Assembly (NCBI RefSeq): GCF_035594765.1
Contig: NC_085841.1
Span: forward strand, 264,274,525 to 264,338,524
Direction of reading: 5' to 3'
Length of the DNA: 64,000 nucleotides
From: Anolis carolinensis
Lineage: Eukaryota
In this document: positions 12,200-25,005 of the stretch, piece after piece
How the letters are laid out: each line of letters begins with the position of its first letter
Position numbering within the stretch: position 1 is the stretch's first letter
Notes under the pieces: model-generated
What the model was told of the DNA's origin: nothing
What the model saw: the letters and a program-made list of their open reading frames with translations, nothing else
Database searches by the model: none
Translations under genes and position numbers: made by a program

Positions 12200-13779
12200 G
12201 CTGTGTTAACTCACAGAATGCCTTGCAGCAGCGTAATGTTAATCAATTTGATATTTTGATTGGGGGGGGGTTGGTCTTTTGCACTCAATAACGTGGAGGC
12301 AAGTGCTCACTTTCTAAAAATTATTGCCCTAGAATTTTATGTTCATGGTTAGCTAGAAAAAAACCTATGCTGAGCATGTGCTCAGAGTGTGACACAGATC
12401 TGTGGCTTTGGTATTTTATGACATTTTATTGATGAGTAGTTGTTTTCTTCCAAAAATTCATAAAACACTGAAAATGCCATAAAATGCCAATTAAATTTGC
12501 TGTCTGACAAACAATCCACAGGACCATTCCCTACTCTAAGGTTCCTAAACTAATAACATGAAATGATTACTGCTCAAAGCTCAAGTGACAAAGGTATGGA
12601 TTTACTTGTTAAAGATCATGGATGTTATATATGAGCCTCTTACTTTTGGGAAACTTGCATTTACATTTTCAAACCAGTAATGAGTGATATAAACTTTACC
12701 CTGTAACATCTTATCCAGTGTGCAGACTTCTAAAGCCCCATTACACATTCCTAACCAGCACACATCCCTTAAGGCACTTGTTTGCAGCCCCCTGTTGTTT
12801 TCTAATCTTCGACCACCAGCTATGCTGCACATACTCTTTGGCAGGTTCACAAATACTCCTTGTTGTTCTGTCAACAAAGCATGTATTGCTCCCGCTGAAT
12901 AACTGTGGTGTTAGACTCACACTCAATACACATGTGGCAAACCTGCCTAGAATTTGCCACTGTCGGTCGGTTGGAATCTTTTTGGTGCTCTCTGCCAGCA
13001 TAACTACTCCAGTGTAGACAAGGTTGGCAGGAGCGAAAAGGAGCATGTGCTGCAAGGGACAAAAGGCAAATTGATTGGACAGGACTGGCAGATTTGGTAT
13101 GTCTTTCCTCAGCACTGCTGTGCATCCCGGGGAAAAGTGTAACAGCAAGCACAGTACTCTAATAGCCTTCTGGCCATAGTCTGCTGGTCTAGACCATCAT
13201 CACGAGTAAATGCTTCCATTGCCGCCGCCATCATCATCATCATCATCACCATCATCATTTCTGTGTATAAACAGAGGCCCTTGGAAGAGGGTACCTTGAT
13301 GAGCTTAGAGCTACCCTGGTGACATCTTTTTCCTTTGCATCTAACTTTCCATGTGCATAGCTTTATTTCTTAGCTGAGTAATCTGCATGGAAGTTTAGTT
13401 GTTTTGGATTATTATTTTACTTTAGATGTTTACAATTTAGTTTTAATTTTTAATTTTGGGTCATTTAAAAAATGTTGTCTATGGGAAAAAATACAACTTT
13501 CTACAGTTAGCTCTCTGGTGGTTCTAATTTCCAAACCGCAGCTGCTGACTATTCATTGGCTCTTATTCATTAAACTGTCTGGTAGAAGAAAGATGCTACT
13601 ACTCACAGGCTGCCATCCTGCATAGGTAACAGTGGCTCCCACCTGCCTGCCTATGCAATAAACACACGTTTGAAAAGGTGACCAATTTCTCTTCCCTTTA
13701 TTTGGGCATCAGCATGGTCACAATAATTCCTCAGCTCTCTCTCATATTGAAACGATGTCTGGGGTTATGTTGGGATTAC

Positions 13780-13996
13780 AGTACGATCTCCATATCTGTG
13801 GAGGCACTACCTGTAATTTGTTTTTCCACATCCAACACAGTATGTACTCTCTAAGCATTTTCTAGGTTCCCCAACATGACTCTATGGCATTCTCAAGCCA
13901 GAAGTCCTTTTTAAAATAGGGTTTGTATTATCCATGGTTTCACATAGTCACATAAAGTTTGGGAAGTTACCCTCCACAGATACAGTGGCTATACTG
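13780..13996. mobile_element. Diverged Tigger-like MITE
   Basis: ta|cagtacgatctccatatctgtgg...ccacagatacagtggctatactg|ta. Confidence 0.55.
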
Positions 13997-14244
13997 TACT
14001 ACTTTAGATCCAAGTGCTTCACCTTGACATCACCATTTTCTTTCCTGGTGTGTTGTGATAAGCCAAGATCACCCAATAAGTTTCCATGGCAAGCAGTGGT
14101 TTGAATCCTGTTCTCCAGAGTCATAGTCCAATGCTCAAACTGCTGCATCAGGTGGCTCTGCAGAACTATGCTATTACTACAATCAAATGAAATGAATATT
14201 TCTAGTGGGGAGGAAAGGTGGAGAGTATAAGAGAAAGTTCTGCT

Positions 14245-14590
14245 GCAGTTCAATGTAAGTCCAGCCATATGTGTGTGCTTGCATGCGTGCGCATTTAGTT
14301 TTGGATCGCATAGGGAAGGGTTAACACCCCTATGGTGTGTGTTTTGCTGTCTGTTCAGAAGATTCCACTGCACTTTCTGCTCCTGTGATAATTGGATTTT
14401 GAAAAAAATTGACTTATTGTGGAAACAAAGATTGATGATAAAACTTCAGTTGAGACACCTTTTCCCCGTGATAACTTTTCAGGAGTGAATTTCCCTTTTT
14501 AGGGGTACATTTTCTCACTTCCTGTTGTCTCAACCCCGTTCTTAACAATGTCATTTGTACATCAGATGTTTGTAACTCAGGGACTGCCTG
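14245..14590. mobile_element. Tigger-like MITE (partial; same family as 19290-19696)
   Basis: Extensive similarity to 19380-19696, with terminal gtaactcagggactgcctg|ta. Confidence 0.75.
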
Positions 14591-16529
14591 TACTATCTTC
14601 TTCTCTCCTTGCTCCTGTTGAGTGCTAGCACAGGGGCCTTTAAAATAACAGCAGCAAGAGTCACTCTTATAATAAAGATTTCCCTCAGCAGCTTTCTCCA
14701 GATACCATCTCTGCTCCCAGAAACTTTTGTGATGACATATTTCTCCCTGCAAAGTAGATTAATCTTCTTTATGATGTTCTGTGCGAATGCTTTGCATTGG
14801 GATTGTGTTGCCTCAAGGCATAAATCTTTCTTATATCAGCAGCCTGCAGCCTCCCAGAACCACACCAAAGTTCATTTTTGTTCTTCCCCAAATTTATAAT
14901 TTCGCTTGGGAAGCAAACTATGAGATATTTTTGGGATCTGTGCCTTGAGCTTTCATAGTTTTCATTGACCTTGCGTCAAAGCTGTTTAATAACCTGCATA
15001 TCACAGATGTTGGGACTCTGGTATTGTATGTTGGAGCATAATGATGGCAAGACCGTTGTCTTAGAATGGACGACAGTGATATAAACAGAAGTATAAGTGG
15101 TGGTGTTTGTGAGTTCAATTGCATTATCCAGTTCATATGGAGCTGGCTTACACTGACCTGGCTCATACTGACTCAGATTATTGATTTGTTTAAGCCTTTA
15201 GCCAGTTTTTTAGTCTCTTTTTTTAGTGATTTGGTAATAATTTTAACTACGGTATACAGGTCAGAATTTTTTAAACAACCTGTGCATGTGGGGCCAAAAA
15301 TTCAGTATTGTGCAACAGGAGTATTCAACTGATAGATGAACATGCTATCTGTGTAACTACGCCTCTCTATCTTTGGAAATTGCACATTAGACATTGTGAT
15401 TATGTGTCCTATACTTTGCATTGTGGTGGCACACTGTGAACTGTAGATTTTATCTGTAGTTGTTTTAATATTTCTAAACCTTATTGAGTCTCAGTGTTAG
15501 GAAATAGTGGGAGGAGGAAAATATATCATTATAATTCCTATTGTTAATTCCAACAAGATTATAGTCTGCATCCACAGATCTGACTAAAAATGTTCTCTCT
15601 ATGAATTTCTATGTCCTCTGGTTGACTCTATGGCCAACTCCCCCCAATCATGCTGTACATCCCCCCCCCAGCACATATTTATAGCATTCTAGAATTAGGC
15701 TGCAAGCAAATGATAATTCTCCCCAGTGAGCAAATATGAACACTCTGTTGTGCTTTTCTCCCACTCTTCTTGATTCATAGCAAATGTGAATTAGCTGAAT
15801 GCTTGGAAAATAAGAGTCACATTTCCTTTCGCACTTTTGATGGACCTGTTTTCCATAAGCTGCACAAAATAGCTGCTGGTTATACATACATTTGCGTGAT
15901 CCCCCTCCCCCGCACCCTTCCCCACTTTTTTTTTTGAAAGAGTAGCAAGGAAAAATAAGAGCAATGCTATTTTAACTGCTGCTTAGTTGTCTAAAACTGC
16001 ATCAAGGTTCATCATCAAGTGTTATTTTCGTGACAGCAAAATTGGTTTGCTTAGCAAAAGAAGCTCCCTAGAGAGAAAGCGAAAAAGACTAGAGAAGCAA
16101 CAAAAGACCCGAGAGCGCTCTCCATTGAACCTGGGTGGGAGGTGGGCACAGGATGAGAAAGAGTCAGCAAGAGCCTGATATTAAATTGCTTTGGATTTTC
16201 AAAGTAAATTGCTAAATTAAGAATTTCATTATGTCACCTTTATGTGTAACCTCCCTTACTGCTAAATGAAGCAGAAAAATCCTACAGCATTCAGCGAAAG
16301 GGTTTTTCAAACTGTAATAATATAATTTTTGGAGGATTTCAGATTTTGGAATTCCAGATAAGGAGTGCTCAACCTGTATTGAACAATGCTCTCCTGTACC
16401 TCTTGGAACAACTGAAGACCCTATGCATTGGTGTTTCTGAGTTCTGACTCCAAAAATCCATGTTTATTTGCTCAGTGATATGATGCTTTAGCAGGATCAT
16501 AGAGTATCATTTGCAGTATCATAGAGCAA

Positions 16530-16694
16530 ATGTTAGTGGTTTGAGCATTGGACTGCAACTCTGGAGAACATGGTTCAAATTTCCACTCAGCCATGAAAAC
16601 CCACTGGGTGACCTTGGGCAAGTCATACACTATTAGTCTCAGAAAACCCAGTGATAGGGTTGCCATAAGTCAGAAATGACTTGAAGATACTCAG
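16530..16694 (+). mobile_element. Old tRNA-derived squamate SINE
   Basis: tagtggtttgagcattggac...ggttcaaatttccactcagccatgaaaacccactgggtgaccttgggcaagtca...ccataagtcagaaatgacttgaag. Confidence 0.7.
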
Positions 16695-17658
16695 TAGGCT
16701 TGTGCGATCCAGGAAAAAATGGTTCCAAACTCTCTTCAAAAGTAGGGGATGTTGGCTGTTTGTTTCTAGTCATTTCTGAATTTTGAAGCAAAAAATTCGG
16801 AACTTTCTGAAACTTCTGAATATTTATAATTAATCCGTTAATGGTGGATGCACATACACAATAGCTCTGCCCTGGCTCTGCACGGGGGGGGGGGGGGGGG
16901 GGGGGTTAGGGGATTCTCCTGTTCTCATTTTTTGAGCTATCCTGATCAAACTTGCTACTGTGGTAGAAAACATTTACTATTGTTAGCTCAGCAAATTTCA
17001 GAAGGTTTTCCTTATCCTCTGATCTTTTTTGAATTTTCATAGCTTTTATTAAAAAAAACGTTTTTAATAATTACAGAAATCTGTTCCTAGTTTGAAAGTC
17101 TTATTTCCTCTTTCATTGGGTTGTCTTTACTTTGAAAGCCATTGTTCTTCTTCAAAAACTTTGTTTTTGTGGCTGAAACTGTTAAGTTGGTGGACAGGAC
17201 ACTCAGCAAACCATAATGTGCTATTTATAAGACGATATCCCTTGCACAAAGACAAAGTTTTGGCAGTGTAATAATGTTTTGCCATGTTTTTGTGACAGAA
17301 CCAATTAGGAAACAACATTTATCAACCAGGCACACCATCAAACCACTCCCAGCAGATGCCCATTAGCCTCAGAATAAGGACATCTGTTCCTGGTTTGAAA
17401 GTGTTATTTCCTGTTTTATTGGGTTTTTGGGAATAATGGGACATACAGTGCTTTGAGGAGGCCAAACAAACAAAGAAAGGGCCTTGAACCCAGAGGATTC
17501 AGCTATGTAACATTGCTGCCTCTCTCAAACTAAAGGAGGACATTGAAATTGAGAGTTAACTCCGACACGCTAATGCGCATCGGAACCCTGTTCAAAAATC
17601 GGAATAGATCCGATTTTATTCTGATTTACGATGATTCTGAGGAATTCACCCATGCCTA
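16695..17658. mobile_element. Composite non-autonomous DNA transposon (hAT-like, TAGG...CCTA) containing Chapaev-MITE fragments (~17070-17420)
   Basis: Imperfect TIRs taggcttgtgcga / tcacccatgccta and a degenerate 8-bp TSD atactcag/ttactcaa. The internal segment is an inverted homologue of 47865-48254. Confidence 0.45.
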
Positions 17659-17914
17659 TTACTCAATTATCCTTCTACAATTCTACTATGCAACCATGCT
17701 CAGAATACTCAGGTCCACACAATCTGAAACCCTCCAGTTTTTTGTGTCACCAACTCTCAGAAGTCGTAGCCAGTTTGTCCAATGGTCAGGAATTCTAAGA
17801 CCTGAAATTTAAAACACCTGTAAGGCCACAGGTTGTGCAGGTCTGTTGTATATAGTTCTGATCACCACTATTCACAGAATATGTTCTACTGGTAGAAAAG
17901 GTGGAGAAACGAAA

Positions 17915-18985
17915 AAATGATCAGGGGATTAAATGATCCTGGAGTGGAACAACTCTTACAGGAAGAAAGATTACAGCATTTTGGGCTTTTTAATGTTGCA
18001 CCCCAAGGTAGCGTGAGCACTCGAAAATGAGAACTCGTTAGCTCTCCCAAGAAATCAAGTCCGCGAAGTTAAACAGGGAAACAAGGCTGGTAAAAAACAG
18101 AGTTCTATTCACTGGAAATGCTTTGTAGCAATCAAGGTAAACAAGGCGTTAAAGCAGAGGCAAACTTGAATCAGGAACGAGAAATAACATCCGAAGTAAT
18201 GCCAGGGTCTACCTGAGAGTCGTGGCCTGGCGCAGCCCGACTGGAAATTGGAAACTTGGCTTGAACAGGAACTAGGAACAGAGAAACCTTTCTCCAGAAA
18301 GCATCATTGAAACCGCAAAGGAATCTACCAAACAATACACTTTTAACAGATTCTGGTCTGTTCAGAATTTGGGGAGTACAAACTGCCAAAACTTTCTCAA
18401 GGGAATGCTACGCATTTTCCCATCTGTTTGCCAGTCTCTGGCTGCGGCAAATTTCCTGTTTTGCCCTCCTTTGTCTAGTCACAAAATCTCTACGATTAAA
18501 CACTCCATTCCCAGGCATTTCTTCCACATCTGGCTCTGTCTGTGATGAAGGACTAGAAGAATCCTCCCCAATTAACAATTCTCCAATGTCAACATTTTCA
18601 GGCACCTGCAGCTGTAAAGGCCCCTCTGTGGAGGGTGCAATGTCAGTGAATTCCTCCTCATTATCTATGTCAAAGTGCAGGTCCTGAAACGCTGCAGGCC
18701 TTGGTGCCCTAGCCGGCTGGGACCTAACATTTAGCTTCACAACAAAGGAAGACACATAAGGTCTATGCATACCATTGAGAAAGTGGATCAGAGAACTGTT
18801 TCAGGTCTCTCCTGTAGTTTTAGAATGCAGGATAAACCAAAGAACTTTGGTGATGGGAGTGTGAAGAAATTTCAAAGAAAGTACAATGCATAGTTCAACT
18901 ATGAAGTTGGTTGCTGAAAGGTGTATTGATAGTGACCAGATTGGGTGGTTTTCAAAGGGAACAAATTTGAGGAAGATAAAGACCT
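17915..18985 (+). mobile_element. Ancient CR1 3' fragment split by a solo LTR
   Basis: atgatcaggggatt...ggaagaaagattacagcatttgggcttttt|tagc (the EERL..LGLFSL region) resumes after 18729. Confidence 0.55.
17994..18729 (-). mobile_element. Gypsy-type solo LTR (736 bp)
   Basis: TGTT...AACA termini and a 5-bp TSD tttaa/tttag that restores the interrupted CR1. Minus-strand TATA-like ttaaaa at ~18341-18346 and polyA-like aataga at ~18105. A 106-codon open frame runs from base 2 (18728 to 18408). Confidence 0.8.
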
Positions 18986-19289
18986 CGAATTAGCTACTAG
19001 TCATGGTTACCTGTATATCATTTTTAGTATCAGACAATTTCTCATAGGCATCTACTGTCAAAATAGAATACTGGAAAAGAAAGATATTTGGTGTCATCCA
19101 GCATTGCTTTTCTGAATATTCTAGATGTATCTTAGCTGTTGTAGGTAAAAGTAATTTCCATATTTGGTGCTTTGGTTATTTGGCCTTTTTCCAGGTGTAC
19201 ATTTCCTACCAGACTAAGTTGGAGCCATGATAAATATTGTCTATACCATGAAGACTTTTAAATGTCTCCTCCTGAAGTCAACTGCACTA

Positions 19290-19696
19290 CAGGTAGTCCT
19301 CAAGTTGTGAACAAGATAGGTTCTGTAGGTTTGTCCTTAAGTTGAATTTATTTGTAAGTCAGAATAGGTACATTTTTTAAGTGTAAGTCCAGATATATAT
19401 ATACTTTGGATAGCATAGGGAAAGGTTATCACCCCTGTAGTGTTCGTTTTGCTGCCTGTGCCCCTGTTCGGAGGATTTCACCTCACCTTCTGTATTTATG
19501 ATAATAGGATTTTGAAAAAAAAAAGATTTTTGTGGAAACAAGAATTAGTAATAAAACTTCAGTTGAGACACCTTTTCCCCATGACGAGTGAATTTTGCTT
19601 CCTAGAGGTAGATTTCTCTCACTTCCTGTTGTCTCACCCTCATTTGTAACTGTGAGTTGTTTGTACGTCAGATGTTTGTAACTCAGGGTCTTCCTT
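19290..19696. mobile_element. Tigger-like MITE
   Basis: ta|caggtagtcctcaagttg...tttgtaactcagggtcttcct. Related copy at 14245-14590. Confidence 0.75.
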
Positions 19697-20016
19697 TAAT
19701 ACTGCATCAGTTTACTTGTAAGACTCCTTATTACATATTCATTCAGAAAAATTTCCTTTGCATAGAAGATTTGAAAAAAAAATAGTATGTGTTCTAGCTT
19801 TGTGATTTTCCTGATCTGTTATTTTATGATGTGTGTGGAATTTTCTTGTATGAAGGAAAATCCATTTATGTGAACCTCCATCTGCATGGGAAGTGGTACC
19901 ATCCATGCAGAGGTTTACTTCCTAGTACAAGATACAAATATTGTGCAGCATTGGTAAGATGAAACAGACTTTTGATGTTTCTGGGCATTTCTCTCCCATC
20001 CCTCTTCTCTTGACAG

Positions 20017-20091
20017 TTTTTTATCATGCTGTTAATTATATTTGTGCTGGAGCTCACCGTGGTGATTCTCTTCTTCGTCTACACCGACAAG
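20017..20091 (+). CDS. TSPAN4: Internal coding exon (75 bp, phase 0/0) of a tetraspanin, encoding TM3 and the start of the large extracellular loop; most likely TSPAN4
   Basis: Polypyrimidine tract plus acceptor (cctcttctcttgacag|TTT) and donor (AAG|gtatgt). Translation FFIMLLIIFVLELTVVILFFVYTDK matches tetraspanin TM3 with its intramembrane Glu. The ending FF(A/V)YTDK is as in vertebrate TSPAN4, whereas TSPAN9 has YMDK. Exon size fits the known 75-nt exon. Confidence 0.88.
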
Positions 20092-20864
20092 GTATGTCAA
20101 AAGACCCCTCTTTTTTTCTCTCCTTTAGCAAATCAGTATACCCCTTCTCTCATAAATAAATCAGGAAATCTTTGTCTTGGCATGCATATCATGTTTTCTC
20201 AAGATACTCCCTTTCAGGCAAAGTGCACTCAGAATACATAACTACTTTTTCTACATGGATTCTATCTCTGTGTTTGTCTCTACTTCATTTGTGATCCAAG
20301 GTCAGATATATTTGCAGCACAATGACTATTTAAATAACAATGAAAGCTAATCAGGAATGGCTGATGAAAGCTCATGCTCTAAAAGGCAGATAATAATCAC
20401 ATTAAGATGTCCATTAGTAAGGGAATACATTTTTTCTACCTAAATTCCACAGTGGACAATGCAGACATTCGATCAGAAATATGAAACTGGAGATTGTTGA
20501 TATATACTCTAGTCAAGCTGACAATGGCTAACATCTGCTATTGCTATTCCCCCAAGTTAGCTTTAAGGACACAAACAACAATAGGTGTTTTCACCCTCTG
20601 CTTTTCCCCCTCCAGCCCTATCCAGAGAGCGGAAACAGAATTTAAATAGAGCTGCCTAAGTAGCTCTTTGTCACAACACTTTTCTTTATCTTGTCTCCTT
20701 TTATAAAGAAACATTATCAGCTTTTTTCTTCCCTTCCTCTTTTAAGCCAAACAAATAGACAAGAAGGGGGTGCCCTTTTTGTCAAGACTTGAGCCCCTGT
20801 CTTCCATAGTTGCCTCCCTTATTTTTATTGCTGATTTATTGATTTCTTCATTATTAATATTATT

Positions 20865-20866
<2 letters not shown>

Positions 20867-20916
<50 letters not shown>
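20867..20916. repeat. (GT)n microsatellite
   Basis: Direct inspection. Confidence 0.95.
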
Positions 20917-20918
<2 letters not shown>

Positions 20919-21233
20919 CAAATAATGATCAGGCTGAATAAGAGGTTAGTCACTTGAGCAAGCAGAAGCACCTTGCACTCTAACTACCTTGTCTCATGTT
21001 GTAAGAATATAACAGTGCTTGTATTTCACCTATTAATAGATAGATAGACAGACAGACAGACTGACTGACAGACAGATTCCTATTCTCAAATAGCTACAGG
21101 TGGCATTTTGTTTCATAGCCAAACTGTGAGATAGGTTAAGCTGAATAGTAATGATTTACCCAAGGTTTTCTCCATCCACAACGAGTAATGTAAATACTGT
21201 ACAATGCTGATTCATTTGTAGAATCAGTAATTA

Positions 21234-21577
21234 CAGTATTCCCTCACTACTTCGTGGTTCACTTTTCACAGATTCGCTGTTTTGCAGTTTTTCAAGAAAC
21301 TCTAAAATACTATTATAAATAATGAAAAAATTACAATTTACAACCTAAGGAAGGGAGGAAGGAGAAGCCGAAGGGAGAGAAAAGGAGCCCAAGTGGCAAC
21401 AGGAGGAGAAGGAGGTGATTTATCAACACACAATTGGTTGATAAAATCTTAAAATAGTGTATAACTACTAAAATAATGTATAAATATTAAAATAAATATA
21501 GTGTCCCTCCTTCACGGATTTTCACTTATTGCAGGTGGTCCTGGAACGTAACTCCCACGATAAGTGAGGGAACACTG
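21234..21577. mobile_element. Tc1/mariner (Tigger-like) MITE
   Basis: TIRs cagtattccctcact / agtgagggaacactg with TA TSD. Confidence 0.8.
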
Positions 21578-22077
21578 TATTTGAAATTTTTAAATTGCCA
21601 AAGCTTTTACTGCCTTGGTATCTGTTAGGATGAAGCATAGTTTAAAACTTCTATTATAAGTATGGCAAAATATGGAGTTAATGCCAAAATGATCTATAAA
21701 AATTCAGAGTTGCCATGAAAGATGATTTACATTGTCAGTGACCATTTTAAATTACTCATATGCTGTAACTGGTCATGAATGAGTTGTAACCTCTTATGAG
21801 AGAGGCTTATGCATAATAGAAGGCAGATTAATGAAAAGATATGAACAGTGTACAATTTTTTTTAAAATATATATATACCTAGCACCACACTTGGTATGTT
21901 TAGAAAGACGAAAAGATGAGGACTGTTGTAATGTTTTTATGTGAATCAGAGTTGGTGGAGAGTAATGTAATGAGAGTTAAACATGATGGCACATTGCTTC
22001 ACACTGACATCTGTAGAATACTATGAATCAGTAGAAAACTTGGCTTGGGTGGCATTATAAGCATCATTTCAATTCAT

Positions 22078-22185
22078 CACAGAATCATATCACAGAATCA
22101 TACAACTGGAAGAGACCACAGCCATTTAGTCCCTGCCATGCAGGAGAACACCCAATCAAAGCACTCTTGATAGATGATCATCATT
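22078..22185 (-). mobile_element. CR1 extreme 3' end
   Basis: (agaatcat)n tail plus ggaagagacc...ccctgccatgcagga...tcaaagcact. Confidence 0.7.
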
Positions 22186-22226
22186 TGTTTTTCCAAATTA
22201 TTTGGGAAAACAAAATATTAGGTTCA

Positions 22227-22545
22227 AGTAAAGGTTTTCCCCTGGCATCAATTCTAGTCATGTCTGACTGGTTGGTGCTCATCTCCATTTCTAAGCCGAA
22301 GAGCCGGAGTTGCCCATAGATACATCCAAGGTCATGTGTCCAGCATGACTGCATGGAGTGCCGTTACCTTCCCAGCGGAGTGGTACCTATTGATCTCACA
22401 TTTGCAAGTTTTCGAACTGCTAGGTTGGCAGAAGCTGGGGCTAACAGCTGGAGCTCACCCCGTTCCCTGGATTCAAACTTCTGACCTTTCAGTCAGCAAG
22501 TTCAGTAGCTCAGTGGTTTAACCCGCTGCGCCTCCGAGGGCTCTC
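22227..22545 (-). mobile_element. Sauria SINE
   Basis: Same motifs as 7482-7800. Confidence 0.85.
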
Positions 22546-24834
22546 TTAAAATATGAAGAGAGGTATATTTTTGAGTGAACTTGATCAGGAAAGCAGTATC
22601 TTTTACAGTGGTCATGTATGGTCTCTCTTCCTTGAAATCTATTAGCCAGAAGTTCTAGGAAACAGGCCAGGGACTTCATACTATCAACCGTCTTATTTCA
22701 TTCTCATACTGAACATATACAGAGATATCCAGATATCACCAGCAGGAAAAAAAATGAAGTCCTCATGATTAGGTTTCTTATGTGAAGTCTTTTATATAAA
22801 ATAGAGAAATGATTATAGCTTTTTCTTTGACATTTTGGAAAGATAAACAGCATTTGCCTTTTCCTCCGAACCTCCCTTATCCTCAATAAAATGAATGTGA
22901 TAATTTAGTCCTACGTGAAAAGAGAATTGACATATTACCAATTGACATTTCTCAGGAGAAAAAAAATGGGAAAGGTTTGCCTCCATGTAGATGGTGATCA
23001 TTTCAAATGTTCAAACAAAGCAAGAAAACAGACTTCTTACTAAACTTCAATAACACGCATAGGCCTTGCACACTGTAGACACATGGAGTACAAAAATAAA
23101 AAATACTTCACCAGTAAGAAAAGTGAGCATTGTTGAGTAACAGACATATCGCCTATGGTTGATTTGGTTCCCCCCGCCTTCATGCAGACCTTATATTAAG
23201 ACAATGGTATGTTTATTGCAAAGTGGGTCATTTCTATGTGATGCTTCAGCACTAGCAAGCAACAAGAACAAAACACTGGGTTTGGGAGAGTTACAGTTTT
23301 GACCACAGCACCCAGAATACTCCAGACAATGGGGAGACGGAGTGGATTAGCTATGATAGTCAAGTCAGCCTAGAAAATGCTCCCTGAAAACATAATTTTC
23401 CATATATTGGTATGTTCCTTAGAACTGACTTTTTAAACTTTACGAGAATGGCATGCCCTGCCAAGTATGAAAAACTCTGATTGATCCTTCTTTGCATTAG
23501 TTTATTTTCATTTGCATTTTTATTTAGATAATTTTCTAGAGTTATTTTAACTTTTCCTGAAATACAGTGATAGTTATTTCATTGAAAAAGATCAATGTTC
23601 TAACATGTCGGATACTGTCAGTCATGGCAGCCCTTCTGAGTCACATACTGGTCTCTTTTCCTTGAAATCCATTAACAAGAATTTCTAGGAATCAGGCCAG
23701 GGACTTTATACTACAAGCATTCCATGGTGCCTTTGAGCGAATGGGTTTTTTTTTCTAAATTTAAATAATTGTAGATGTCAGCACATTTAGGATGTATATG
23801 TCACAACAATGTATATGTCACAAGCTGAGCCAAACAAATGTTTATGTTATGGTTCATCAGTGTTTTGAAATCTTAAATTTTGAGTTTCTAATACTTATGA
23901 ACAATTCTAACCCCTAGGAATAAAATAATTCAAAAGCATAACAGCAATCCCTCTCTTTAAAGCAAGAGTCATCTTTGAGTTTCCAGATATTATTGGATTG
24001 CTACTCTAAGACCTAGGTAGCATTGGTACCAATTGCTGGTAGCTGTAGTCTGACAACATCTGAAACTATACAATACTCCATCTGTACTACATAATTTTGC
24101 TCCCTGTCATGGCCTATATTCTACTTCTCACTTTTTATAAAGTTCTTCACCACCCAGTAGTCTACTTCTTCACTGTCTTCCTTCTCATCTGATCTGCAGA
24201 AAGTAGTCTGCATTGTCTTCTCATGCCATTTTGCCTCCTTTCATTTCCTGGACTTCGTCATTACAACCCCCTACATCTGTTTTCACCTGAATCTCCTTTG
24301 ATTGGCCTTGTTCTCCCTGATGCCCGATTATCTGATCCATTATAGATTGTAACTCATTTAGATAAAGATCACCTCATATCTGTGTTTTTTACAGCACAAG
24401 AGGGAACAAACATTGTATTCTAATGCTTGTTTTTTCCAAGCTGAATTGCAAATGTGCAATTCGCAGTTGGCTGTCATTCACTTTACATAATTCTCCTTCA
24501 CAACTTCATTTGATCCCCATGATGTGAATGCCTAAATATGCCTAACTGAAATAAGGCATGCCTTTTCTCTTCCACTCCATCCATTTTCTTTGTTTGTTCC
24601 CTTCCACACCATCCTTTTCCTCTATTGTCTGTCCTCTTCCAATTGCAGATTGTAAACCTTTGAACAGCAACTCACAGAATCCTTGACCCACAGCCATGTT
24701 GCCTGAGACTTTTTAGAATTCAAGTCCAACGAGAACTTGGAACACAAGGTTGTGAACCACTGGTATAGATCACATATTTGGTTAGGTGTTCTGAAATACT
24801 GCATATGAAAAACATCTTCTGAGAGATAATTTTC

Positions 24835-25005
24835 CATGGTGTAGTGGTTAAGTGAACCCTGGAGGCCAGATTTTAATCTCCCACATGACCATGGAAACCC
24901 ATTGGGTGACCTTGGGCAAATCACCCACTTTCAGCCCCAGAAAATCGTGTTTTGGTAATGCCTTGGTGTAGCCATAAGTCAGAAACTACAAGGGTACACA
25001 ACAAC
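24835..25005 (+). mobile_element. Old tRNA-derived squamate SINE
   Basis: catggtgtagtggtt...ccatggaaacccattgggtgaccttgggcaaatcac...ccataagtcagaaac...caacaac. Confidence 0.65.

Noticed and set aside
12602-13152. Cluster of overlapping ORFs on both strands in unique-looking DNA
   Set aside because: No recognisable domain or splice framing. It may be a non-coding element, but the sequence alone cannot show that.
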